From a virus, in IMG/VR virus record IMGVR_UViG_3300049187_000041: a DNA stretch of 64,000 bases, one strand, 5' to 3'. This document shows positions 18,629 through 26,816 of this stretch, in pieces; within the stretch, counting starts at the first letter, position 1, and the number at the start of each line of letters is the position of its first letter. The notes under the pieces are model-generated. The model searched no databases and had not been told where the DNA came from. It saw only the letters and a list, made by a program, of their open reading frames with translations. The translations under genes and the position numbers were made by a program.

Positions 18629-20442
18629 TGCCCTACTACGTCGACACCTCTCCCGCCGTCCTCGCCGGCCGCGGCGAGCTGCAGCCCTCGGCGCGACTGT
18701 CCTTCGCTGGCGCCGTCGGTTCAGCCGTCACAGGCAACGCCTCGTCGGTCATCGCCGACTACGCCGAGTTGCAGCAAGCCAACCAGGGGCCGCGTCTCAC
18801 GCAGGACGCGGCGAACCAGCTTTTCAAGGACGCCGGGGTCAAGCACTCGGCGCCGGCGGACGGCTACACGCAGTCGGCGGTGGACGTCATCGTCAAGCGC
18901 CAGCGCAACCAGATGCTCGCCCGCGAGATCGACGCGGCAACGCCTTACTCGTGGCTCGGCACGCCGGTGCGCGGAGGCGCGATGCTGCTTGCTGGACTGG
19001 CCGACCCGCTAAACGTGGCCTCGGCCTTCATGCCGGTGGTGCGCGAGGCGCGCGTGGCCAGCATACTCGCCAACGCCGGAGAGTCGGCGCTGGCCAGGGC
19101 TGGCGCGCGGGCAGCCATTGGCGCCGCCGAGGGCTTCGCGGGCGCCGCGGCGCTGGAGTTGCCGACCTACGGCCTGCGCACAGCCATGCAGGACGACTAC
19201 CACCTGACAGACAGCCTGTTGAACATGGCATTCGGCACGGCGCTGGGCGGTGGGCTGCATGCGGTCGGTGGCGCCATCGGCGACCACCTGGGCGGCGGCA
19301 ACCCGTACAGCCGGTTCGCAGGCCTGGGCACCAAGGAAATCCGCCAGGTGCTGGACTACGAGGCCGGCAAGCTCACGGACGCCTCGGGCTTCTCAGATCT
19401 GCAGCGCCGCGCTGCGGGGCTGGGCCAGCGCGACACCGTGCCGGTGGCTGTGGCTGAGCAGCGCGTGCTGCAGCCGGCAGAGCGCCAGCGGCTGGCGGTT
19501 GTCAGCGAAGCCCCCTTCGCGCGGCTGTACGACATGACGCCCGAGGCGGCCACTGCCCGGGCGAGCGACGGCCTACGCGAGACCTTCAGGGCCGAACTGC
19601 TGGCCGAAGCCGGGCAGCGCGCAGAACCGCGCGTCATCGCCGAGACCCGCACGCAGCTGGCGCAGATCGAGCAGCGGCTGAAGACGCTGCAGGGTGACGG
19701 CGACTTCAAGCGCCTGGCCAAGGAGTTCCAGGGCCAGGGCCAGTCGCGCAAGCAGGCCGAGGCCAGCGCCCGCAAGCAACTGGGTGAAGAGGCCGCAGAC
19801 CTCACGGCCACGCGCGATCGGCTGCAGGCTACTGTCGACGCCAACGCCAAGGCCTCCCAGGCCGAGCAGCAACTGGCCGCGCTGGACCGCGGCGAGACGC
19901 CGGAGCGCTTCGCCGAGCGTGTCGCCGAGGAAGCTGGACGCATCCGTGGCGCTGCCGACATCGCGCGCGCCATCACAGGCGCCGACGAGCCGCCGGCCGC
20001 ATTCGTCATCGGCATGGCCCAGCCAGAGACCCGCGAGGCTGCCATGCGCGCCGCGGTGGCCGACTTCGCAGCGGGCCGGCTGCCCTCTGTCGAGGCGCTG
20101 GTACGGTCCGACCCGGGCCTAATCGGCAACCGCACGACGCCGCAGGAGGTTGCGCGGGCGGCGCGTCTGCAGCGCGAGCCCGACGCTGCCTTCCTTGGCA
20201 GCCGCGAGGCATCCGAGGCTGCGGCCAGCAAGGAGCGCCGCGAGCCGCTGGAGATCGAGAAGGAGCTGGAGGCTGACCTGCAGCGACTGGACGACCTCGT
20301 GCGCAACCTCGAGGCCAACGGCATCCCGCGCGAAAGCCTGGACCGCATCGCGGGTCTGGCCGCCTTCGACGACGAGGTGAAGCGCGCCAGGGCCATCGGC
20401 GAGGTGTCGCGCATCGCCGCCATTTGTGGGATCAGGACATGA
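18628..20442 (+). CDS. Internal virion (ejection) protein
   Basis: TGATG overlap; MPYYVD start; Gly/Ala hydrophobic hairpin segment. Confidence 0.7.
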   Translation: MPYYVDTSPAVLAGRGELQPSARLSFAGAVGSAVTGNASSVIADYAELQQANQGPRLTQDAANQLFKDAGVKHSAPADGYTQSAVDVIVKRQRNQMLAREIDAATPYSWLGTPVRGGAMLLAGLADPLNVASAFMPVVREARVASILANAGESALARAGARAAIGAAEGFAGAAALELPTYGLRTAMQDDYHLTDSLLNMAFGTALGGGLHAVGGAIGDHLGGGNPYSRFAGLGTKEIRQVLDYEAGKLTDASGFSDLQRRAAGLGQRDTVPVAVAEQRVLQPAERQRLAVVSEAPFARLYDMTPEAATARASDGLRETFRAELLAEAGQRAEPRVIAETRTQLAQIEQRLKTLQGDGDFKRLAKEFQGQGQSRKQAEASARKQLGEEAADLTATRDRLQATVDANAKASQAEQQLAALDRGETPERFAERVAEEAGRIRGAADIARAITGADEPPAAFVIGMAQPETREAAMRAAVADFAAGRLPSVEALVRSDPGLIGNRTTPQEVARAARLQREPDAAFLGSREASEAAASKERREPLEIEKELEADLQRLDDLVRNLEANGIPRESLDRIAGLAAFDDEVKRARAIGEVSRIAAICGIRT

Positions 20443-22943
20443 GCGATTGTTTCGAGAAGGTCAACGCCGCCGAGGGCTCGCCGCTGTCGGCGACCGAGCT
20501 GGCGGCGCTGGAGGAGGCCATCGAGGCACGCACGCGTTACGTGATGGTCCGCGACGGCCTCAGTGAAGCAGACGCCAGGCTGAAGGCCGGCCAGGAGGTC
20601 GCCGATCAGGTCGAGATGGCCGCCTTCGTCGAGAAGCGCAATGCCGCCATGAACGCCGCCAAGCGGCTCCAGCGCGCGGGCTGGGTGCAGCAGCACTTCG
20701 GCAAGAACGTGGCGCTCGGCATCGATTCCATGCTGGTTGGCACGCAGCGCGCGAAGCAGGGCGCCCGGCTCAGCGTGGCCTCGACGCAGGAGTCGCTGAA
20801 GGCGCAGTACCTGGCCGGCTTCACGCACGACCTGGAGGCCAGCGGCCACGGCGCCCTGTTCGCCTCCGGCGCGCTGGACCGCGACGTGGCGCGCGCGCTG
20901 TACCTGATCCGCCGCGACGGCGCCGACCTGTCCAATGTGCCGTCCGAGGCCGTCGATATCGCCCGCATCGTGGCGAAGTGGCAGGAGGTCACGCGCACCG
21001 ACGCCAACCGCGCTGGCGCCTGGATCGGCCAGCGCGACGACTACATCACTCGGCAGAGCCACGTGCCCGAGAAGGTGCGCGGCGAGGGCGGTGACGCCGG
21101 CTTTCAGGCCTGGGCCGATCTGGCCCGGCGCACTTTCGACCTGCCGCAGATGATGGCGCTCAGCGGCGCCACCGACGCCGACAAGGTGCTGCGCGCGCTC
21201 TGGACGAATCTGGCCAGCGGCAACCACATGAAGGCCGTGCCAGACGACGTCGCCAGCGGTTTCAAGGGGCCGGCCAACCTGGCCAAGAAGCTGTCGCAGT
21301 CGCGCTCGGTGATCTTCAAGAGCGCGGACGACTGGTTCGACTACAACCAGGCATTCGGCGCCGGCAACCTGCGCGAGAGCGTGCTGCAGGGGCTGGAGCG
21401 AAGCGCGCAGGCCACCGGCATCATGCAGATGCTGGGAACCAACCCCACGGCCATGGTCGATGCCATTCGCAGCGACCTGACGCTTGCCGCCAAGGAGGCC
21501 GGCAACGTCGAGGCCGTCACGAAGCTGGGCGATGCCCGCGGCGCGCACGACCGCTACCTGTCGGCCGTGGACGGCTCCATGAACATCGCCGGCAATGCCA
21601 TGTGGGCCCGACGCGCGGCCAACGTGCGCAGCTGGGAGTCGCTGTCCAAGCTCGGCGGCATGCTGCTGTCCCAGCTCAACGACGTGGCCGTCTACGCCAG
21701 CGGCGCGCGCTACCAGGGCCGCGGCTTCTTCAGCGGCATGGCCGAAGCCGTCGGCGGCCTGGGCCGCAGCCTCAGCGCGCCGGAGCGCCGCGAGCTGGCC
21801 GCGTCCCTCGGCGTCGTACTCGACAACATGGCCGGCGAGCTCGGCCGCGTGGGATCGTTCGCCGAGGCGGGCTCGATGTCCCGCGTCATGGCCACCTTCA
21901 TGAAGTGGAACGGCAGCCAGTGGTGGCAGAGCCGCATGCGCACGTCGGCCGCCTTCGGCATGTCGCACCACATGGCGCTGCAGGCTGGCAAGTCCTTCGC
22001 CGAGATAGGCGGCGAGTATCAGCGCGTGCTCGGCCTCTATGGCATCGGGGAGGCCGAGTGGAGTGTCATCGCCAAGACCGCCGAGAAGCACGTCGACGGT
22101 AAGGCTTACATCGTGCCGGAGGCGCTGCGCGACGTGGACGAGGCGGTCATGCGCGGCTACGTCGGCGCCGGCGCGACCGACGGCGAGCTGGCGCGCGCGC
22201 GGCGCGACATCGAGGACAAGCTGCGCACCTACTTCGTCGACCAGACCAGCACCCTCGCGCTAGAGCCCGACGCCAAGACGCGGGCCATCGTGTTGCAGGG
22301 CACGCGGCCCGGCACCTGGACCGGCGAGTTCATGCGCTTCGCCATGCAGTTCAAGAGCTTCACTGGCGCCTACACGCAGCGCGTCCTGGGTCGCGAGGTC
22401 TACGGCCGCGGCTACGAGGGCGACAGCCTCATCGGCGCACTGCGCAACGGCAACGGTGAGTTGCAGGGCCTGGCCCGGCTGATTGCGATGTCTACGCTGA
22501 TGGGCTACGCCTCGATGTCGCTGAAGGACATTGCCAAGGGCAAGACGCCGCGCGACCCCACCGAGGACGGCCAGGCGCTGAAGGTCATGCTGGCGGCGAT
22601 GGTGCAGGGTGGGGGCGCCGGCATCTACGGCGACTTCCTGTTCGGCGCCGCCAACCGCATGGGTTCCGGCACCATCGAGAGCCTGGCCGGCCCGGTGGTC
22701 AGCAGCGCCGGCCGCATCGTCGACCTCTACCACAAGGCACTGGAAGGCGACGACGTGTCGGCCCGTGCGTTCGGCGAGGTGCTGAACAACACGCCATTCA
22801 TGAACCTCTTCTACGTCCGGCCAGTGCTGAACTACATGGTGCTGTACCAGATCCAGGACATGCTCTCGCCGGGCTACCTGCGGCGCATGCAGCGCGATGC
22901 GGAGAAGAACGGCCAGGAGTGGCTGATCGCCCCCAGCCGCTAG
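20439..22943 (+). CDS. Large internal virion (ejection) protein
   Basis: 834 aa; GTW.GE.MRF..QFKSF; C-terminal NNTPF.NLFY.R..LN typical of gp16-like proteins. Confidence 0.75.
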   Translation: MSDCFEKVNAAEGSPLSATELAALEEAIEARTRYVMVRDGLSEADARLKAGQEVADQVEMAAFVEKRNAAMNAAKRLQRAGWVQQHFGKNVALGIDSMLVGTQRAKQGARLSVASTQESLKAQYLAGFTHDLEASGHGALFASGALDRDVARALYLIRRDGADLSNVPSEAVDIARIVAKWQEVTRTDANRAGAWIGQRDDYITRQSHVPEKVRGEGGDAGFQAWADLARRTFDLPQMMALSGATDADKVLRALWTNLASGNHMKAVPDDVASGFKGPANLAKKLSQSRSVIFKSADDWFDYNQAFGAGNLRESVLQGLERSAQATGIMQMLGTNPTAMVDAIRSDLTLAAKEAGNVEAVTKLGDARGAHDRYLSAVDGSMNIAGNAMWARRAANVRSWESLSKLGGMLLSQLNDVAVYASGARYQGRGFFSGMAEAVGGLGRSLSAPERRELAASLGVVLDNMAGELGRVGSFAEAGSMSRVMATFMKWNGSQWWQSRMRTSAAFGMSHHMALQAGKSFAEIGGEYQRVLGLYGIGEAEWSVIAKTAEKHVDGKAYIVPEALRDVDEAVMRGYVGAGATDGELARARRDIEDKLRTYFVDQTSTLALEPDAKTRAIVLQGTRPGTWTGEFMRFAMQFKSFTGAYTQRVLGREVYGRGYEGDSLIGALRNGNGELQGLARLIAMSTLMGYASMSLKDIAKGKTPRDPTEDGQALKVMLAAMVQGGGAGIYGDFLFGAANRMGSGTIESLAGPVVSSAGRIVDLYHKALEGDDVSARAFGEVLNNTPFMNLFYVRPVLNYMVLYQIQDMLSPGYLRRMQRDAEKNGQEWLIAPSR

Positions 22944-22978
22944 GGAAAAACGTTCGCCGCCCCAGCCAAGACCATGCC
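22941..22978 (+). promoter_or_regulatory. Phage 1 late-promoter motif, copy 3
   Basis: TAGGGAAAAACGTTCGCC-N11-GACCATGCC. Confidence 0.75.
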
Positions 22979-23000
22979 GCGGTCTTAGAGGGCCGCGCGC

Positions 23001-25184
23001 ATGACCGTCGAAACCACCGTCTCCCGGGCACAGTACAACACCAACGGGACGACCGGCCCGTGGACGGTGCCGTTCTACTTCATCGAGAGCGGCGACCTGT
23101 CCCTCATCCACACCGACGCCGACGGCAACGAAACCGAACTGGTGCTGGACGTCGACTATTCGGTGACGGGTGCGGGCGATCCGACAGGCACCGTCACGAC
23201 GACCATCGCCTATCCGTCGGGCGGCACCATCACGGTATTGCGCGACGTTCAGCCGCTGCAGACCCACGACTTCACTGACGGCGACGACTTCCCGGCCGCA
23301 ACCGTCGAGATCGGGCTGGACCGTCTGACGCAGCTGGTCCAGCAGGCCCTGGAGATCGTCGGTCGCGCGCTGGTGTTCTCACCGTCTGATGCCGATGGCT
23401 CGACATTGCCGGCCGCCGCCTCTCGCGCCAACCTGCTTCTTGGCTTTGACTCTGACGGCCGGGTCAGTTTGGTCGCGCCTGTCAGCGGCAGCGCCGCCGC
23501 CCTCGCCCTCGACCTCGCCAACACCGCCAGCGCCACCAAGGGCCCGGCGCTTGTCGGATTCGCATACGCCATGGCATACGCCAGCGGCACCGTTGGCTAC
23601 GCGCTCAAGCAGCACCGCATCGACGTGCGGCTGCTGGGCGTGGACAACACCGGCGCGACGGATTGCAGCACCGCCCTGGCGGCGGCTCTGGCGCTCGGCA
23701 TCCCGCTGGCCATGCGCGGCACCTTCAAGCTGCTGTCCAAGGTCACATACACCGGCGCCGTGGACATCCTCGGCGAGGATTGCACGATCAACAGCGACGT
23801 GACGTGTTTCGAGATCACGGACGGTGACGGCAGCCGCATCCGCAATCTCAACCTGATGCCGATCACGACGCCTTACACGCTGCTGCGCAACACGACGACC
23901 TGGGTCAACGTGGCCGGCGATGTGGTGCAGTCGCTGGAGGGCTATCAGCCATCTGCGCTCGACACCGACATTTGGGCGTCTCTCTCTGGCGCCATCCAGA
24001 ACCAGAGCGCGAACAAGACCATCAACCCCGGCATCATCTTCAAGAGCAGCACGGGCCTGACGGCGCGCCGTGATGTGCAGATCAGCGGCATCACAGGCCG
24101 GGCTGTGCTGATCCAGCTGGAGGGCTACAGCGACTCCGAGGTGTCGGGCTGCGACTTCGGCGCCGGCCCGCGCGAAGGCATCAACTTCCTGAACGGCCAG
24201 ACGCTGGCGCGCGGCGCTCGCAACCGCATCATCAACAACCGCGTCCGTTACGCCAGCCAGTGCGGCATCCTGTGGTGGGCGCAGGACGAACTGGAGTGCT
24301 ACGGCAATGACTCCAGGCTCAACGGCGAGAGCAACTACAAGTCCTACCAGTACGACGGCACCAACACGACCGACGTCATCAGCAAGCGGTGCCGGATCTT
24401 CGGCAACCACTCGCAGGACGCGTTCTACGACGGCTTCGACCTGCAGAGCTACTACAACGTCGCCGACCCGGGCGTCTACACGGCCAACCAGTGCTACGGC
24501 AACACGTCACGCAACTGCCGCCACACCACCTTCACGATCAACGGCGAGGGCGACACGATGTCGCTCAACTACGCCGAGCGCTCGGGATCGCACGGCATCA
24601 GCGTCAAGTCCAAGCGCGCCACGGTGACGGGCAATTCCACGAAGGACTGCTGTGCCTTCCCGGCTGTGCACGCGTTTCAGATCTTCGACATGCTCGTCCA
24701 GGGCGACGGCATCAACAGCAGCAGCAACAACATCGCGAACGCCACTGCTGCCTACACGTACAACTATCTGCACTCCGGCGTGACAGGCGCGGACCCGACG
24801 ACCGGGGACGAGGGTTTCGACTTCGGCAACCGCTGCTCGGGAGGCCCTGATCGAATCACGGTCTCCAAGAACATCCCGACGTATCTCATCACGTCGGTGG
24901 TCAAGAGCATCACAGCCGCCACCTACACGGTGGCCGGCACGGACGCGGCACTGTCCTTCTTCACCTCAGCGACATGTACCGTCACGCTGCCGAGCCCGGC
25001 TGCCTACCCGGGGCGTGTGCTGAGCTTCCGCAATACCGCCGCCTTCGCCATCAACTCCGCAAGCGCCAACGTCTCGCCCATCGGCGGCGGGGCGCTGTCA
25101 GCGTCCATCTTGGCGGCCACTGTCGGCAAGTGGTGCGAGCTGCAAAGCGACGGCACCAACTGGCTAATCATGTCGAGCAACTGA
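23001..25184 (+). CDS. Tailspike/tail fibre with parallel beta-helix (putative depolymerase)
   Basis: T7 gp17-like N-terminal anchor (VPFYF...DL...LDRLT.L.QQ); GVDNTGATDCS beta-helix cap; Asn-ladder repeats. Confidence 0.8.
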   Translation: MTVETTVSRAQYNTNGTTGPWTVPFYFIESGDLSLIHTDADGNETELVLDVDYSVTGAGDPTGTVTTTIAYPSGGTITVLRDVQPLQTHDFTDGDDFPAATVEIGLDRLTQLVQQALEIVGRALVFSPSDADGSTLPAAASRANLLLGFDSDGRVSLVAPVSGSAAALALDLANTASATKGPALVGFAYAMAYASGTVGYALKQHRIDVRLLGVDNTGATDCSTALAAALALGIPLAMRGTFKLLSKVTYTGAVDILGEDCTINSDVTCFEITDGDGSRIRNLNLMPITTPYTLLRNTTTWVNVAGDVVQSLEGYQPSALDTDIWASLSGAIQNQSANKTINPGIIFKSSTGLTARRDVQISGITGRAVLIQLEGYSDSEVSGCDFGAGPREGINFLNGQTLARGARNRIINNRVRYASQCGILWWAQDELECYGNDSRLNGESNYKSYQYDGTNTTDVISKRCRIFGNHSQDAFYDGFDLQSYYNVADPGVYTANQCYGNTSRNCRHTTFTINGEGDTMSLNYAERSGSHGISVKSKRATVTGNSTKDCCAFPAVHAFQIFDMLVQGDGINSSSNNIANATAAYTYNYLHSGVTGADPTTGDEGFDFGNRCSGGPDRITVSKNIPTYLITSVVKSITAATYTVAGTDAALSFFTSATCTVTLPSPAAYPGRVLSFRNTAAFAINSASANVSPIGGGALSASILAATVGKWCELQSDGTNWLIMSSN

Positions 25185-25186
25185 GC

Positions 25187-25426
25187 ATGAACGACGACAT
25201 CAAGCACCCCGTGGCCAAGGCAGCCAGCGCTGGCGCGGTTTTCCTCGGCGGCATGACCTGGGGCGAGGTGGCGCAGATGCTGGCGGCGATCTACACGGCC
25301 TGTCTCGTCATCGAATGGCTGTGGAAGCGCGTGCTGAAGCCGCTGCTGCAGCGCTCGGGCGTGATCAAGGGCCAGCCTCGCCCGTTCCTCGACAGTACCG
25401 GCGCGGCGCCGCTGGACGGCAAATGA
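25187..25426 (+). CDS. Holin-like small membrane protein
   Basis: 79 aa, two hydrophobic segments then basic WKR; precedes endolysin. Confidence 0.6.
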   Translation: MNDDIKHPVAKAASAGAVFLGGMTWGEVAQMLAAIYTACLVIEWLWKRVLKPLLQRSGVIKGQPRPFLDSTGAAPLDGK

Positions 25427-25809
25427 ATAGCTACCAGCTGAGCGGGCGCAGCCTGACGAAACTGCAGGGCGTCCACCCGGACCTTGTGCGCGTGGTGCAG
25501 CGGGCGTTGCAGCTCAGCAAAGTCGACTTCGCTGTGACAGAGGGGGTGCGCACCATCGAGCGGCAAGCAGAGCTCGTGGCTGGCGGTGCATCGCGGACCA
25601 TGAGCAGCCGGCATATCACCGGCCACGCTGTCGACCTGGCGCCCATCATCGGCGGCCAGATCAGCTGGGCCTGGCCGCCGTTCTACGACCTGGCCGACGC
25701 CATGAAGAAAGCCGCCGCTGAACTCAAGGTGGCGGTCTGCTGGGGAGGCGACTGGGTCACGTTCCGCGATGGACCGCATTTCGAACTCGACCGAAAGGTG
25801 TACCCATGA
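25423..25809 (+). CDS. Endolysin, peptidase M15 family
   Basis: LQGVHPDL, VTEGVRT.ERQ, SRHITGHAVD, WGGDW, DGPHFEL. Confidence 0.92.
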   Translation: MNSYQLSGRSLTKLQGVHPDLVRVVQRALQLSKVDFAVTEGVRTIERQAELVAGGASRTMSSRHITGHAVDLAPIIGGQISWAWPPFYDLADAMKKAAAELKVAVCWGGDWVTFRDGPHFELDRKVYP

Positions 25810-26210
25810 GCCTCGATCCCGTCACGGCACTGCTCGACATCGGCGGCAAGGTCATCGACCGCATCTTCCCCGACCCTGCCCAGAAAGCCGCCGCGCAACT
25901 GGAGCTGTTCAAGCTGCAGCAGCAGGGCGAGCTTTCGCAGATGGCCGGGCAGATGAGCATCAACCAGACCGAGGCGGCGAGCAGCAACGCCTTCGTTGCC
26001 GGATGGCGGCCCTTCGTCGGCTGGGTGTGCGGCACGGGCTTCGCGGTGCAGTTCGTGGTCGGGCCCATGGCGGAGTGGGGAGCCGCGCTGGCTGGCCACC
26101 CCGTCAAGTTCCCGCAGATGGACATGGCGACCATGATGCCGCTGCTGTTCGGCATGCTGGGTCTGGGCGCTTACCGTTCCGTCGAGAAGGTCAAGGGCGT
26201 GGCGAGCTGA
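25806..26210 (+). CDS. 3TM holin family protein (DUF3154-like)
   Basis: GWRPFVGWVCG...GMLGLGAYRSVEKVKG. Confidence 0.85.
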   Translation: MSLDPVTALLDIGGKVIDRIFPDPAQKAAAQLELFKLQQQGELSQMAGQMSINQTEAASSNAFVAGWRPFVGWVCGTGFAVQFVVGPMAEWGAALAGHPVKFPQMDMATMMPLLFGMLGLGAYRSVEKVKGVAS

Positions 26211-26214
26211 TGTC

Positions 26215-26532
26215 ATGCGCTCGAACTGCATCGCCTTCGCCGTCGCCCTGTACTGGCGGCGGTGGCTGGCCTCGCGCCGGGTGCGGATTGACGGCGAACG
26301 GTACTTCACGGTCTGGCGAGGCGGGGAGAAGGACCGCGAGCGCCTTCTGTTGCTCAGGACCAGCCGGCTAGGCTCCAAGCTGCCGCACGTCTTGTTCGCA
26401 GAGCGGCGCCATGGCAGGCCGCGTGTCGTTCACTTCGTCCCGGACAGGGCCAAGGTCAAGAAGCTGCCTCCCCCGCTGTTCCGGGGTCACGTCAAGCGCG
26501 GCGACTGGCCGGACACCGAGGCCCTGCCGTGA
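26215..26532 (+). CDS. Arg-rich hypothetical protein after lysis genes
   Basis: 105-aa ORF 4 nt after holin stop. Confidence 0.55.
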   Translation: MRSNCIAFAVALYWRRWLASRRVRIDGERYFTVWRGGEKDRERLLLLRTSRLGSKLPHVLFAERRHGRPRVVHFVPDRAKVKKLPPPLFRGHVKRGDWPDTEALP

Positions 26533-26816
26533 ACTGCGCGCGCTGCGGCGGCGCGCATCGGCTGAGCCGGTGCCCGTGGCCCCGTTTGCGGAACGCGTCG
26601 CGGAACAAACGCGGAACACATGCAATTCAGTTTCGTCTGGTGCCCGGGGCCGGACTCGAACCGGCACACCTTGCGGCGGGGGATTTTGAGTCCCATGGCC
26701 CGCGCCGACTTTCGTCAATGGGCATCGGCACAGGGGCAGCAAAGTGTTCCGCGTCTGAACCGAGATCGTTCAGGGCTAGCGCAAAGAAAGCGGAACGCCT
26801 CAGCGCACCGGCTTGA
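26529..26816 (+). CDS. Zn-knuckle-like ORF reading through the att site
   Basis: GTGA overlap; CARCGGAHRLSRC; C-terminal part may be non-functional read-through. Confidence 0.3.
   Translation: MNCARCGGAHRLSRCPWPRLRNASRNKRGTHAIQFRLVPGAGLEPAHLAAGDFESHGPRRLSSMGIGTGAAKCSASEPRSFRASAKKAERLSAPA
26588..26617 (+). repeat. Integrase arm-type repeats (left of core)
   Basis: GCGGAAC at 26588, 26600, 26611. Confidence 0.7.
26638..26694 (-). pseudogene. 3' fragment of tRNA-Leu(CAA) = att core duplication
   Basis: Minus strand GGGA-CTCAAAA-TCCCC, long variable arm, CCGGTTCGAGTCCGG T-arm, CCCGGGC-A-CCA; 5' half (D-arm, 5' acceptor strand) absent. Confidence 0.92.
26746..26796. repeat. Integrase arm-type repeats (right of core)
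   Basis: GTTCCGC (inverted) at 26746 and GCGGAAC at 26790. Confidence 0.6.

Larger units (their letters stand above)
1..26694 (+). mobile_element. Prophage 1 (temperate podovirus; 5' part outside window)
   Basis: Colinear, often overlapping replication, terminase, portal, capsid, tail, ejection and lysis genes ending at a tRNA-Leu 3' fragment. Confidence 0.93.

Noticed and set aside
19356-22091. 911-aa antisense ORF (also 6063-8087, 8795-11110, 48369-50210, 55481-57646, 60407-63886, and 34859-36556 opposite pol)
   Set aside because: Shadow frames opposite well-supported genes; expected in high-GC DNA; no motifs or RBS
25197-25215. Right cassette motif after tailspike (ATCAAGCACCCCGTG)
   Set aside because: Weak match needing an indel, inside the holin coding sequence, and no left site found in the tailspike gene
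23001-26600. BPP-1-type diversity-generating retroelement
   Set aside because: No reverse transcriptase, avd or TR/VR repeat pair near the phage 1 tailspike; the phage 2 tail-fibre region is outside the window and cannot be assessed
26638-26694. Functional tRNA-Leu gene
   Set aside because: Only the anticodon arm to CCA is present; D-arm and 5' acceptor strand are missing, so it is an att duplication
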